DNA of 59,634 nucleotides, filler included, from Sphacelaria rigidula (lineage: Eukaryota), in assembly GCA_964200075.2 (NCBI GenBank). It is 5 parts of 5 records of this genome, joined end to end, with 100 filler letters (N's around TTAATTAATTAA, not from the genome) between each part and the next. Parts side by side here need not be neighbours in the genome. Positions count along the whole stretch, not along the records: positions 1 to 11,848 come from CAXNAA020004425.1; positions 11,949 to 23,795 come from CAXNAA020004426.1; positions 23,896 to 35,742 come from CAXNAA020004427.1; 2 more parts are not named here. The stretch is one strand, 5' to 3'. The notes beneath the pieces were generated by a model. That model was given only the letters and a program-made list of their open reading frames with translations, did no database searches and was not told the DNA's origin. Below are positions 10,150 through 24,346 of the stretch, piece after piece. The translations under genes and the position numbers were made by a program. Numbering within the stretch: the stretch's first letter is position 1; the number at the start of each line of letters is the position of its first letter.

Positions 10150-11848
10150 GTGTGTTTGACTGAGTATGTCTTCGCCTATGCATATGGCCAGTTCACAGAG
10201 TAGCTTATGGTTCTTATTGTCGGTATTGGTTGCCATTTCTTTGTTGGAGTGCTTCGCTGCCTTGCGATGGCGAAAGGAGCCTGTGGATCTTTCTCAAAGG
10301 CGTAAGTCATAGACAGGTATCTTTGCAACGACGGCCTTGTGCTCGCCGATGTCAGAGCTATCTCCCGCGCCGGCTGTTTTTAAAACCTCGACTCGGCTTG
10401 CCAGCAGTACTAGACAGCCTTCTGTACTACTCGCTCTCGTGTCCCGGCAACCCGCACTGAGCTCTGTGGGCTCGAAGGTGCACGATATCTGCAGTACGAC
10501 CAGTGTGTCCCGTTTACTGTGTCCTGTCCTATCACTATCCAAAAATCTATTTCGATCTGTGCAATATCGCCCCCCAAGAAAATCAGTCTGCACAAGTGTG
10601 ACACAGTGACACACATGCCAACACATTACATGAGACTGAGAGCCTCGCTGTCCCCGCGAACGAAACACAAACAGCTTGAGCGGTAGTTTTTGATCAGCTG
10701 AGCACCTTGTGCTTGATGACTTGGTTGAATATATTCAGAATCCAATGAGAAACAATAACTCCTGTTAGACGCATGCCGCAAAACCCACGCATGAGGATCA
10801 GCGACAGCGTGTTTTCGATTGAAAACGACTCGCATGCGTCCGCCCTTCGTCCAATATACAACGAATTCCCGTCAAATCAAGACTGCTATGTGTAGATGAG
10901 CAGGGACTAGAGGGGGAGCCATTGCTCGTGAGCGACGAGTGTCTGTGCGTATTTTTTCGGGACTCGATGTTTAAGTGTCGTATTTACTTCCCTCGTATTC
11001 AACAGAACAGCACAGAGGTGTTGGACCAACGACCACCGCTGAAAACAGGAAGATTTTCAACCAGTATGCAGACCTGGCTTAGATCTGAACAAGAAGGGTG
11101 TTTCGATAAAGGCTCAAACTGGTCCTTGTGGGTACTGATCTGTTTGCAGAATGCTTCAGCGAATGGATATTACCTGACTGGACAAGACACGGCCTAAGAT
11201 CGCTCTTGACCCTCCTGACGCTGAGCACGTGATCATTTCGAATTGGCGTTTTTTCCGCGCAATTGGGAGGGATTCAAAGTGCGACAAATAAAATTATTAT
11301 TATCATTATTATTATTATTTCCGCACATTCGTCCGATCTCGCGAACAGGCTCGCCTTTCCAAGAAATAATAATAATAATGATAACAAAGGTGTGATGGGT
11401 ATTTCGCCATCCTTAATTTAATGCACCTCGAGGAGCTTTGATCAACATGCCTGCTGTTGGACGCTTGCTTTGCTCCTGGCAGAGTTTCGTCAGCCCGTTG
11501 TGAGGGCCCTTAGTGAACAACTTGGGGACAAGAGTCGAAAAAACAATATATGGTTGATTGTGTCGGAGAACCTTCTCGGCCACTTGCCTCCCGCACCAAA
11601 CCACCTTCCCTCGGTCGATTTTCTTAGCAAATTATGGATTTTTCGCAGCTGTTTCTAAGCCCAAAAGCGGATTTTCCACGGTCCATTCAGCGCTCAAGCA
11701 TCATACTTCATTTTGGGGGGCGAAATACTGATTCCTAACAGCCCAGGCAGCGCCCAGGTATAAAATTATTTACTATAAGGACAACTTACTTAAACTGCAA
11801 TAGGGTGCAAAACAATACGGTGGCATGCGTATAGCAGCCCCCCCCCCC

Positions 11849-11948
11849 NNNNNNNNNNNNNNNNNNNNNNNNNNNNNNNNNNNNNNNNNNNNTTAATTAA
11901 TTAANNNNNNNNNNNNNNNNNNNNNNNNNNNNNNNNNNNNNNNNNNNN
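11849..11948. other. Artificial contig linker (N44-TTAATTAATTAA-N44)
   Basis: Identical 100-bp spacer whose core has stop codons in all six frames. It occurs four times and separates contigs of near-identical, decreasing length. Confidence 0.98.
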
Positions 11949-14900
11949 AAGTGATTTCTTCCACTCGTGCCACGACCCTGAGCCCATGGGGCCCATGAAG
12001 TAATTGCTCTCCAAACCCGCCATCACCGAAAGGTTCACCGAAAGGTGCGGGGTATGCCATATGCAGCCATCATCCTCACTTGTTCCACGATACTCGACAC
12101 TTGTGCTAATTGTCCGAATATTCTCTGCTGCCTCGTTTTTGCGGTATGTGAGTAAAAGGGTCAAGTGGGGTTGGCGTTGTGGGTGACGCCCGCAACTACT
12201 GCCACTTTTCGTCTCCTTGACTGCTGATGTTAAGAAGGACGGTGAATGTGGGGTGGAACGTAGTGGGCGTGGGCTTCCGGAGTGCAACAGCTGAACAATA
12301 CAAGCACACAACAATATATCAGCGCAGTCGCTGGAGCAACTACATATCCGCGACACCGACCACTCGCAGGCTTGTAAATATGTACTCAAGTTAGATTTCA
12401 TTTCATATGAGCGAGATCGTCGTTCAGAGATGACGTCTGTATTTGTGACTGCCACGATTGGCTCGATTACGGGTCATTTTTTCTGCAGTGGATAGTGGTC
12501 AGTCCATTTCACGGATATATAGTGCCCAAAATCGGGCCCCATTCACCCCTGTGTCTTCAACGGTATGGGAGAAGCCGAACATCAACAGTCGGGTATTTCG
12601 ACGACACCGCCGGTTGTTGGTCTTGCAGGCTCGTTCACGGCCTGTAAACTCAAGTTGGTGTGATCTGGTCTCAATAGTAAGCAAAAGACATTTCTCGATC
12701 ATAAGTCCGAATGGTGGGTACCATATCTCGCATTTACATCCACTGGGTGTGTTAATCTCCGGTAGGACTCCTCTCTTCGGGGGTGTTGCACCGTAGACTT
12801 CAAATTTCCCCTGGTGGTGAGCGGCCCTTGTGCTCAAACTACTTGCTTGAAGAAGGGAGCGTCATGCTCGAGTTTTTTCTGTCGTCCCACTACGGGTCTG
12901 CATGTTAGAGCCGATTCAATGACGAAATCAAGAAATAGATTCAAGAGATGTAACCTTTCACACGTCGGACACCTCATGAGCTACCTGGATATTACTTCTT
13001 ACTACATTACCGATCCGCTCATTTGGCCACTATTTCTGTATCAGCTCCCGACAGCGATGGACGCCGAGCACGCCGTGCAGCGGGAAGGTGACACTTTGGC
13101 TTCTCGGACACTGCTGTCACGTTTTCTGTGTTTTTGTACAATGGATATGAGAGTTCACTTCGAGTCGCCATTTCAGGTAGCTCATGAGCTGTGCCACGTG
13201 TGTAACCTTCACTACCGGTGGAAATGTATCGATTTCAGAATAGGCGCAAACTTCTTGATTGATTTTTGTTTCGACTCTGGAGGCATTGGCGGCTGTGACT
13301 GAAGACCTAACGTTTGCAAATGAAAATAGGTTGAATTTTTCACAGACAGAGGCCTGGCTTCTTGCGTCGCCCGCACGCTGAGGAATCTTGACACGAGGGC
13401 ATACTTCTTCGCACTTACATCTTGTTGAGGGTACATATGAGCTCACTGTGATAGCATCAGAAGTTTTTCTGTGAAGAATTAGTGGAGAAATCGCGGCCCT
13501 CATCCCGCTTTCATTATTTGGAGCAGCTGCACCATGCTGACTGGTTGCGCCGCGGCGCGTGACGCCGAGATATGGGTTACTTTGCACACAGGAACTAGTC
13601 TAAGGACGTCTCATATTGACGCCCCCACTTTCAGACGGGGTGTTCGCAACTTTCTTCCGTACGCCAGCGGCTCGAGCTGTTGGTACCCCTGACAAGCGCA
13701 AGCACACCCCCCACACACACACATATTCGTCCATGCTCCCCCTATTGGTGCGATGCACACGGAGCAGAAAGCTTTCGGTGAATGCGTGGTATTTGTAACC
13801 CTCAGTCCCTCGTGAAAGAGCACTGCACACTACTGTATCCATGGCATACCCATGGCAAAGTACTGCACCACTGTACTGTAGTGCCCGTAATCTACGTATA
13901 TAATTGAATGCTGAGTAGGGCTGCGAGACGCTCAACTGTACACCATTTGCACGGCTCCACCCCTGAGCAACATACCCTCAGCGACAGAGTTGTCCACGAG
14001 TGTCCGACAGAGTGAGGAAATGAGGTCCCCGGGCTCGCGCCAAATGCTGCTGGTTTGACAGAAAAAATCACCGTTGTTTGTATGTTGCTTCACAGAAAGG
14101 CCACTTACATGTAGACCCTACAGTACAAAAGTGGAGTATAGTACATGTACCGACGGCTGGATTCATCCGCGCTGCTCCTGCCCACTTCGGGACCGGAATC
14201 TCAGTAGATTTCAGAGAGCGTTCATAAGCTGTGATCGCGAGACGGGAACAAAAAAAAGCAATTGGATGCAGTACAAAAAATTGGCGACATGAACACAATA
14301 AGAGAAGGACGAGGCGGAATTGCGGAACACCCGCTACTGGACTGCTGGGCAGCTGGGCAGCTGGGATAGCAAGCTAATTAAATTAGTACCTCTCCTACAT
14401 CACCCTGAGATGTCCAATGACACCGCCAACAACACCCCCTCGATTCTTCCGCTGTCAGAGATATTGTTCCGAGATTGGGCGTAGGGCTGAAGAGATGAAA
14501 CTTTTCTACTGCGAAAATACATCAAAGATTTTGAAAGCTACGGCCGAGAATAATGCACAGTTGGTTGTATCAGAGATAAGAACAAGCATGAACACGGCCA
14601 TTGTTCATTTTCAACTCTTACTTGCCACCGGGAACGTGGAAAAAAGTTCCGAAATATTCAAGTGGTACAATATCCCTGTTACACCGCAAAAATATAAATG
14701 AACTGATGTACTGCCATGATAAATAAGCTACGGGAACAATCTTTGCATTTGTAATGCATGCATATATCAAGGAATGTCGAGTCATGTACAACTTCGCAAC
14801 ATGACCTAAGGGAGAGCAGGGGAGCATGGCTCATTTTTGTTCATGAGGCAGCTGGTTGTGCATAAACCGAGGTGTGGCGGCTATATATGGTCTGTTCCGT

Positions 14901-15191
14901 GATGAACCACAAACTCGCAGCCAAATGCGACCATGGTCTTGAACTCATCGCAATGTCATCGTCAGGTACACGACTTTCATTTTATTCGTGCTCCTTTCAT
15001 ATTTCGGTAAATACTGGTCATACTTCTCCATGCGTTTGGTGAGACCGGTTTCGAACAAGATGAGGTGCCTCGGAACGTATTCCATCTCGGAATAGACAGG
15101 GACGCAGCATAGCTAAAAGCAACCCGTCTTGCAGCCTCAGCCAGAAGTCGGTGAGCTGCAATGCAGCTTTTTGGTAACATTACGGTAACGA

Positions 15192-17524
15192 TCAGCTTTC
15201 ATTTACCTCTTCAGGTGCAGGTTCAGGTTCCACAGAATTTTCGGCGCCAGGAGATCCCTCAGCAACCGTTGACGGATCGACCTTAATATATCGTGGCACG
15301 CCTTGCTTTCCTGTCGCTTGATTTGGTAGAAGCCAGACCTGCCATCCCTCCTTCATGCGCATCGTCTCGTTGTCGACGTCCACCTGGACATGGATACGAC
15401 GGGATTATGCATTAGCTTCACGAGTCGAAGATTTTAAGGTTGTGTTTGGTACGGTACGGTTTTTCGAGTACCCAGTGTATTTCCCAGGGTATTTACCGTA
15501 CCCGATAGTTTTGTAAACTCTGTAAGACTTTCATACCCTTGCCCGATGGTGCTGTGACTCATGTGAGCATCCCATCCCGTTACCGGCGGCACGGGTGTGC
15601 CCTTGATAAGATACCCTGTTGCGGGTAAGGTTTTCTGTGCAGTCTCCACACCCTCACCCGACAGTTTTGTGAGTTTTTTAGATAATGTTTGCCCGTACCC
15701 GGAGCACGGAAATGCCCTTCAAGAAATACCCGATTGCCGGTACTGTTTTCCTGTGGCCTCCTACACCGTACCCGACAAGTTCTATAATATATGGAAGACT
15801 TTCAAACCGGTACCCCACGTTTTATAATTTTCATGAGATTTTCATGACGATACCCGACGTTTCTGTAAGATATGTAAGGAATTCCTCACCCTATGGAACA
15901 TACCCGTACCCTACGGAACACAACGTTCGAAGATTAGTGACGTCCAGCGAGGCCTTCTCTAGTGTGGGTCCCGATAAACCAGGCAGATTAGTTCTCAAAT
16001 ATGACTACTGTAAACCACCATGACTGCTGGGAAACATCATGGACAAGATGAGAAATGTACCACACTTGGATGAGAAATGCACCACACCTGTAATGAGTCG
16101 CTGAGGAGAATACCCGCGATGATATCCGGCAGTTCCACACCAAAACGGGCAACCCCCGGAAAATTTGCAACAAAAGCGATCGGGATGTATCCCTGACACG
16201 CAAGGAGGAGGAGCAGGAAAGCGTCGTGATGAATGAATGGTTGGTCTGGGCAGACACACGTTACAGTAGTGCTTTACCACGGTCCTATGCAAAAACTACT
16301 TTCACAGTGCAGAGACTGCAGTGACTGCAGTGCAGTCGGTAGGGAGGCGGGTGGATTGGAAACAGGTCCAATATGGAGGGGGAAATGTCACTTCAACCCG
16401 AAACGAGGCGTTGTGGCCTGAAACATACTACAATGACGAATTTGACGGATAACCTTGGGCTTGCACATGAGGGAGATGCACATTTTTAGCCACTACACCC
16501 ATGATACACTGACAGGAGCGGAATCTATTACACAGACTGGCTAAAGTTTGAAAGTCTAGAGCTGGAGGAAGTTGAGCAATGCCATGCGTAGATAAAAAAA
16601 AATCAAGGACACAACAATCAAATCATCACCAGGATTACATGTATATACCTTCCTGTTTAGCTCAGTACATAACATTACAGTAGAACCCTTGGGTGAGCCG
16701 CAAAGAGCACGTGACCCCAGCTACTTCGGGAACAAGCTAGCAGTCTCACAGCCCCACATGCTACTATAGTTGTCTCGAAATGGGTACGGCGGAAGCGTGC
16801 ACAGAAAGGTCTGGGGCGGACAGAGAGCACAGAACGAGGAACGAGGTAGGCATGGATCAATGCACCAAATCTCGCGAAGGGTATTTTTCATCAAGTGTAC
16901 AACAGCGGCCAGTACAGAAAATTCAACAAAGCCTAGTGCCGCAGATACACTTCATCGACGCAAAAAGCGACAGGTACAACAAAGACATTCCAGGATCACC
17001 TGTTCATCCATGTAGGACCGCATGAAGATGTCTCGGCACAGGTTCTCCACGGTGAAGTAAAATTCGATTTGTCTAACAGCCATGCTTGTCATATACGCCT
17101 TATATGCCTTTTGCTCCTCCAAGCTCGGTTGGTTTCTGTTGCCATAGTCGCGATTGCCGTAGTAGGTGGCTCCCCCCACATACGCGCCTCCCATCCCATT
17201 CCCAGCATTGTTACCGTATCCTCGCCCGCGCCCGTGGCCGTGGTTGGACCTCGTTCCTCCTCCTCGACGGTTGCCTCGATGTCCGTTTGAGAAGTTGTGT
17301 CCGCCTCCGCGGCCCCGGCCTATGCCATCACGAGGGGAAGATCGCCAGTTTCCTGAGGAACCAGAGGCATTTCCTCCTCCACCAGACGCTTGCGCTCGGG
17401 ACCTCGCGTACCCGCCTTGCTTTCGACCTTGCGGTGTCTCCGGTTCAGCCTCCACCAGAGTCCACTTGACAGGTGTGGACGAAGCTCGTTTGGAATGCCC
17501 GCCAGTCCCACCATGATTGGCCAT
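15192..17524 (-). CDS. La-motif (LARP-type) RNA-binding protein with a Gly/Arg-rich N-terminus
   Basis: Exons 17524-17000, 16192-16088 and 15383-15192, joined in phase 0 by GT-AG introns, give RQIEFYFTVENLCRDIFMRSYMDEQ-GYIPIAFVANFPGVARF...LSDSLQ-VDVDNETMRMKEGWQVWLLP, a complete La motif. Start and 3' end are uncertain; a donor GAG|GTAAAT near 15204 could extend the gene. Confidence 0.88.
15436..15927. mobile_element. MITE / non-autonomous DNA transposon in the La-gene intron
   Basis: Imperfect TIRs AAGGTTGTGTTTGGTACGGTACGG ... CCGTACCCTACGGAACACAACGTT, many internal TACCCG/ACCGTACC subrepeats, and flanking direct repeat CGAAGATT(TT/AG). An 8-10 bp TSD suggests hAT or Mutator. Confidence 0.7.
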
Positions 17525-18376
17525 GGTAAAATCAGGTGTAAGAAAGGCGCTGTAGGCGGTTGTGCAGGCAGAAATGGATTCCCTGGATAGGCGAATTGGT
17601 AATGGAAATGCGTTCGAATCAACTTGGTGCAAGCGAGTGTGGCCGCCAGCGCCACAGCCATCTCCTAGGTGGGTCAGTACGGAGCCCTCTACAAAATGTC
17701 ATTTTCCAGCGGCACTAAGGTATGGGACTATTCACACTTCAGTACAGTATTACAATTGAACGCGAAAATTAAGGCCTACAACAGGGAATTATATCGATAT
17801 ATGAAACGGCGTGTTTGGGATTACCAGCAATCATTGATCACCCTTACATTTGTTCACACACCAAAGTTCACATGTTGTACATTTTTGTAAAAACTGCTCT
17901 GTACGGTATACTGTTAAATTATTACATTTACAGTGGGGCAAATTACCTGTTGAAACGGTAAATATGTTGGGATCTTCACTGCGTCAACGATCCTATTGAC
18001 AAACGTTTGTATTGGCACACATTTGCAGCCAATAAGGGACTATAACCCCCCAAACACTCAGGTGTATCCATCTATCGGATCGACGCGTCTTATTCACTCG
18101 ATAGATGATTCGCCGCAGATAGATGAAATAATGCAATAATAATACACTCACGAACTTTTTTCCAATCCATTATGCGACCACACATGGCATAATCCATAGG
18201 TCAAGTCAGCCCATTCAACCCCCCCCCCACCCCCACCCCCCTTCCGACCACCAACTAGCACCAACAGGACTGAGACTTGAAAATTGTTGGTTTTGACTCG
18301 CTCACGTACAAGCGATATCCCTGGGCGATGAAGATGTGGTTCAACAAGCAGGCATAATGTATTTGTACTTGCTACT

Positions 18377-18381
18377 GTATG

Positions 18382-18415
<34 letters not shown>

Positions 18416-18464
18416 TGTATGTATGTATGTATGTATGTATGTATGTATATATATATATATATAT
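18377..18464. repeat. Compound microsatellite (TATG)n(TA)n
   Basis: Directly visible. Confidence 0.95.
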
Positions 18465-19329
18465 ACTCCTGTGGAGAAACAAGACGAACAAGGCAGTTTT
18501 TCCTCATTCTCGACGGACTCCGAGCGAGGAGTGGAGGGAGCGGTCTGCAGCTCGTAGGGCCCCTTTCCCAGGGGGGGTGGGGAGGTGGGAGGATTGGCTC
18601 CAATGGCAGAAGTTGCGAGCCCCCATGCAACAGTATGTAATACTAGTAGTATACTGACGATCAGTTCTTGCTGTACTCTGATTTTTAAAAAAAGGCAATG
18701 ACCCCAGAAGCGAGGTAGAGTGCTGAAAAAATTAATACAGAAATAATGACGTTCCGTGTCGACTTTTCTCCTGTCTCACCCCGGTTGATACATCCATGTG
18801 TAGTACCGAAAGGTGTGTAGACTGGTGTCCAGAACAAGTCCAGAATGGATGAGATGACAACACACACGCGCCCGAAAATGTACTTTTTGTCGTTATCCAT
18901 TTTTACCTCATGGTCATTTTCCTGCAACCATGCTTCAGTACAGAATCATTTAACCAAAGGTACAGCTGTACTGTAACTGGGAGCGTAATAGTTGTTGCTG
19001 TGCACGAAAGAGCCAAGTTCAAATACAAGTACAATTCAAACGAAGCGGTAGAAAATTCCACGCGAAAAAATCGCAAAGAAAGGTATATAGTAGGAGCTGT
19101 TTTCAATTGGATCCAATAAAAACGCCTCTTTACGCCAAAACGATTTCCGCTCCTGGACATGTAGATGTCTCTGCTTGCCGACGATGCGCCTCCGCGTTGC
19201 TTTCCTGCATTAATTGTTGATTTTGCGCTAATAAAATCGATTCGAAGCTAGTGCCTGCTGCATTTTGTCGCTGTGTCGAGCGTCAGCTTCTTTTGAAATA
19301 AGTTCAACGGTAAGACGGTAGAGCGTGGA

Positions 19330-21974
19330 ATGAGTCGTCTGCCGGCATACGAGGAAGCCTTCGACGAAGATGACGAGGAAGAAATTGGAGACACGGAAGA
19401 AGGAGACATCATCGCTCGATTGCAGGCCCTGGGGACAGGCACCCTATACGAAGACGGATCGTTTCCAGCAAAGAAAACGAGCCTGTACCGGTTGGTTAAC
19501 GAGAGGGCATGTACATGTTGTACTACTGAAAATGGTTGATAGATGTCCAGGAGCTTCCTTAGTAAAACTGGTTGGCGTGTTCATCTTCTGTTGAAGTGTA
19601 TCGCGTGCAATAGTTACCACGTAGCGCTGCGTACACTGTCCTGTGTACCGATATACACCCCCTTTCAAACATGCTGTCTGTGTGCAAGTAGATCAGGGGC
19701 ATGTTTCCAACGGCACATCGTGCAGACTACCAGACACTATGAACGAGGCACTTGGTGTGGTGCGCACGTGACCAAAGAAGGACACCATTTGAGAGCGGGT
19801 ACTAGTATTATTTTTACAACAACCATATTCGCGGCAACGTGCGCACAACGCATTTGACTTCGTAAGTTGGTTGATATCAAAACTACATCTTGATTGCACT
19901 TTACGCGAACGTGTCGTGTTCGCCACACCATGCCCCCATGGTATAAGCTAGTCCTCAAAATATGCATGAGATGTTTAGATTCACAAAGCATGTAATACTG
20001 CCAAATCTCGCCCGGTTTTGACCAGGAACGCCAAATCTGTTCCGGACTACGACTCCGGCGTCCAAGAAGTCCATTGGCTCTACCCGCATCAGGTGAAAAT
20101 GATAATGTCGTGTAAGGAGAACCACCCTATCGTGCATTTTTTGTCTTGGATTCTGCGCAGGCTTTCTGATTCATCAGGTCCATTCATTTTGTCGGCTACA
20201 GATATGCCGAGATGCTGTATACTTTGCCGATGACCCCGGGAGTTACTGCGTCAACAAGGGACGTCTGGACGACACGTGGCTACTTGGAGCTCTCGGCGTT
20301 CTGGCCTCCCACCCTGGTGGGCTTGATTTGACTACGGGTGGTAAACTCTTGTTGTGTGGTATCGATGTTAGCCCCTGCTATATATACCCCTCCGTCGCCA
20401 ACAATTAAGGCATGGCAAGTAGATACCAAAGCTGTCTTGCTTGAGGTCGCATTCGAAATTCGGCACCACTACCAAACGTGTAGCATTTGTTTGTGACGGG
20501 CACTCCTCACACCTCCACGTCTTCCCGGTCATACATCTTCATAGGTGGCTTGATCGAGACTCTCTTTGCTTCAGAACCTGATGATTTCGCTCGGTACGGC
20601 GTCTACACGTGCAGGTAATACTGTTCTGCTTTCGTTGTGTTCGCGGCCGAGGCCGTTGAAAGTGTTCACACTATTTCCTGATGGAGCTGGTTGCGGATCG
20701 AGTTATTCGTATTGTGTATGCACCGTCAGCTGAGCAACGTGCTAACGTGCTGACTAGGCCTTTGCTGGTGAAAAGCTTCCGCTCCCACAGGAACGCTTGA
20801 ATGAATATCAAGTAAATTCGGCGACTTTCACTGTAATGTATTTGTTTCAGATCGTTGGGCCTTATTTTCCGTCGTGCTATGAATGCTCAAGTGGCATACC
20901 GCCCCGAGGTTTAGCGTAGGGGTCTGTCTCACTATTGTAGGAGGTGAAGTGTTTTGTCAGGAGATGCCGTGCCATAGCCAAGGCTAACGACTGTCTCGAT
21001 CGCGATTTGACGTTCCTGTGTGCTCCATGCGTAATAAGTGGATTCGTTTTCGGCAACGGAGTCATGCCACGGGAGGGGTTGCACATTTGGGCCCAGGTGC
21101 TCCTCACCTGCTAAAGTTAGTAACTACGCAAGAATATGGGTCACAACATGTCCGTTTTCTCCTTCATTCGTGAAGCCCTTAGCCGACTGGAATACTAATT
21201 GTGGAATACTCACGTGCTTCATAAGTAGTTCTTCTGCTAAGCTAGGAAGCTCCTAACAATTAAAACCTGCGACTTATTATATGCAACCACACCGTGGCAT
21301 GACTTCAGGCCAGTTTCTTTCTTCCAGCGCTGGTGACTTGGAATGCGTTGATATTTGACGCGCATTGTGCTCTCCAAGTGCAAAATAAGGGATGGACCAT
21401 AGAGCATGCCTTTTGTTCACAAAGCGAACAGGTTGGCAATTGAACGAGTGTGCTCTCCTGGCTCAACGGCCATGATGTTTGCTTCATTAACAGAGCTATC
21501 CTCAGGGGAAAATGTAGAAAGATGCGACGCACGATCTGTACCAGCATACATGTCTGGCCCTGATGGTGCAGCTTCCCTGGCTTTGTACAACCTCGTCCTG
21601 TAGCTAACCTTTTGTATGATCGACTTCTTTAGAAGCTCAGGAAGTACAGAGGGCTCTGGTCTCGATCCGGCCGCCGCTACTGGCAGGAGGACGGATGTTA
21701 CTGCGGTTCAGATAGCGAAATTCGTTCAAGGACTTGGATCTTCGCGACATGATGCATGCCTTTCCCCAGGTTCTACAAGAACGGCGAGTGGCAGGAGGTC
21801 GTTACGGACACTCGAATACCGTGCGCATGCCCCTTGAACAAGAAGGTCAGACGACATATTTCAGACTTGCTTTCAACAGAGCACAGAGTACACAAGGACC
21901 AGCTTCCGGCTTGACCGTGTACCACAAGAGTTCGTCTCTGTGCATGCAACGACGAGTCGCCTGATGTTTTCACA

Positions 21975-22050
<76 letters not shown>

Positions 22051-23477
22051 CTCCCTATATATACATATATATATATGAATGTGTGTATATATCCTGCGGG
22101 TGTGGCATCCTTTGGCATAGCTGTAGTACATGCTGGAATGAGATCAGCGTCTGCACTGGCAATTTGCACGGTCACATGTTTATTGTCTTTCTGTCTCCCG
22201 CTTTCGCGGCACCACACGCCCAAGACGTATCATAGGCTTCCGAATCACTGCACTGACATGCCTTCCTTGGATATACCGACTTCCTACTTTCTTGAACGAA
22301 GGGGAACGCCCTTCCGTCGGGCCCGCAGACTGGCAGCACACCGACGCCAATATACGGCCATGCTCTTAATTTGAATGCTCAGTGGACATCGATGCTTGAA
22401 AAGGTCAGCGCGAGAGTGGTTCTTATAACGCCGTGTTTGTCGCCTGTGATGTAAGTTACGACATTATCGTGGGAGTGCTCGTATTCCTTCCCACATTTCC
22501 TCGCAGGGAATAGCCATGACTTCGTTACCAATGGTAGCAGCTAGGAAAGGTAATCGCAAAGCTCGAGGAATACCAAAGCCAACAGCGCGCCATACTAGAA
22601 CATCAGCCCGTCGTACATCCTCGAATTGTCACAGGCGTATGCCAAGCTTCACGGTACCTACGAGTCCCTCAATGGTGGAACTGTCGGGGAGGCCCTTGTA
22701 GATCTTACCGGAGGATGTTGCGAACAAATATCGTTGACTAGCGGTGAGTGCCCCCGTAGATAATATCGGAGGTTGTCGCGAACGAGTACTGTTGACTTGC
22801 AGTGAGTGTTGGGGGGGACGCGAACGTGGCGTGTGTGCACCACCATGGATTGTTGTGGCGAATATTGGCTGGAAACCGATGTGCTGGTTGCACCCCCTCC
22901 CTGCTATGGTTGTCTCTACGCTGTGCGTGGACGTACCAATCCTAGTAGCAGCGAAAATTTTTGCGGGTGTTAAATAGTGACGGGAACTTTTCTTTCTTTC
23001 TCAACTTCTATGGGAAATTTTCCGACTTTTCAAAGAAAAATATTCTCCGAAAAAGCCGGACGCTACTATTGTCGAGTAATATGTAGTCAATCTTAAATTG
23101 TTCTATTCCTTGACCTCGCCGAGAAATCTGCTGTCACATTTTCCGGGGAGGATTTTTTTCTCCCGAAAAGTCGCAAAAGTCTGAGGAAAAACAGCCCCGT
23201 TAACGCAGACCCTTACGATGATATCCTTGCTTGGATTTCCTCTGCTGTTCTTATGCCATCGAAGACCATCAATTTCATTAGATAATTTTGAGACAGACGG
23301 TATTGGGACATGTTCACGCATTAACTATTGCTTGACCTCTGTCGATACTTACTGGATGTTCCCTGCACTTCCCACATGCGATGTCCAGAGGGGATGACGC
23401 AAATGTTGGAAAATGGCTCTTTATGGGAGAAAATGCGCCGATTCCTTGCCCCAGACTACGTGGTGGCATGCGTTCAG
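19330..23477 (+). CDS. Calpain-like protein (CysPc domain), probably non-catalytic, 3'-partial
   Basis: Exons 19330-19490, 20026-20092, 20202-20316, 20545-20614, 21770-21845, 22329-22403, 22635-22743 and 23389-23477, all GT-AG and phase-consistent. Motifs LYEDGSFPA, HWLYPHQI, KGRLDDTWLLGAL, YGVYTCRFYKNGEWQEVVTDTRIP and [34 protein letters not shown]. Confidence 0.93.
21978..22047. repeat. (CT)n microsatellite in a calpain intron
   Basis: Directly visible. Confidence 0.95.
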
Positions 23478-23795
23478 GTAAACGTTCCCCGCACGCGAAG
23501 CCCCAGTGCCTCTCCACCGCCTATGCCTCGCGTAACGCATAGCAGGGGTGAACTTGTACCAAATGCATCATTGGAGGTGTAGGGTATACGCTATGTACAG
23601 TGGAGCGCATCGACAGAACCCGTGACATTGGCAACGCGAGAGTAGCCCTAGAGTGTACAAGATTTGATCGTCAGAAGATGTGTAAGTTCGAGCCATAGGA
23701 GTAAAAACTTTCTAATGGGCTACCTCCTTCCCCCCCCCCCCCACGACGCTCCCCCCTCTCACCGCTAGACTCTTGGGTTGGCGTCGAGTGGCAAC

Positions 23796-23895
23796 NNNNN
23801 NNNNNNNNNNNNNNNNNNNNNNNNNNNNNNNNNNNNNNNTTAATTAATTAANNNNNNNNNNNNNNNNNNNNNNNNNNNNNNNNNNNNNNNNNNNN
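23796..23895. other. Artificial contig linker
   Basis: Same N44-TTAATTAATTAA-N44 spacer. Confidence 0.98.
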
Positions 23896-24346
23896 GGCGA
23901 ACGCGCCCCCCCGCGCGGGTGGGATAGGGTTTCTCTTCCCCCCCTCCCCCCCCCCCCCCCCCCCCCCAACCCCTTGGCGTACGTATTCGTGGTATCGGGT
24001 GATTATGTCCGCTTCAGGCTCTTTGGGGCCCAGCTGCATCAGTGGCAGGCGGGTGGGCGCACAAGAACCAAAAATTGATCCGGAAGCGACCGAAGCGACC
24101 AGCTACAGCAGATCGCTAGACCTAGTGCATCACAATGAGGATAGAAATTGCTTGAAAGTTCTTCCCTGGAGTCGAGACTCCCGGAGTAAAGGAAGCGTGT
24201 GTGCCCCTAGGTGGTCGACGATGTTTGTCAGAATAAGCAATGATGAGTTTGAGCAAGCTAAACTGTAAAGTGTTTCATTCCCACGCGAATGCTGGGCCAT
24301 AGATTAAACAAGATACGCATCTTCATCGACCGTTTCGGGTAGGTGA

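Noticed and set aside
11292-11386. Inverted (ATT)n/(AAT)n arms as a miRNA-like hairpin
   Set aside because: Pairing comes only from low-complexity trinucleotide repeats.
11893-11904. TTAATTAATTAA palindromes recurring every ~11.9 kb
   Set aside because: Each sits inside symmetric N runs between length-sorted contigs. It is an artificial six-frame stop linker, and ORFs running into the Ns are artefacts.
18336-18657. ORFs with YVCM or SL/ER repeats (also 21873-22374)
   Set aside because: They are translations of microsatellites.
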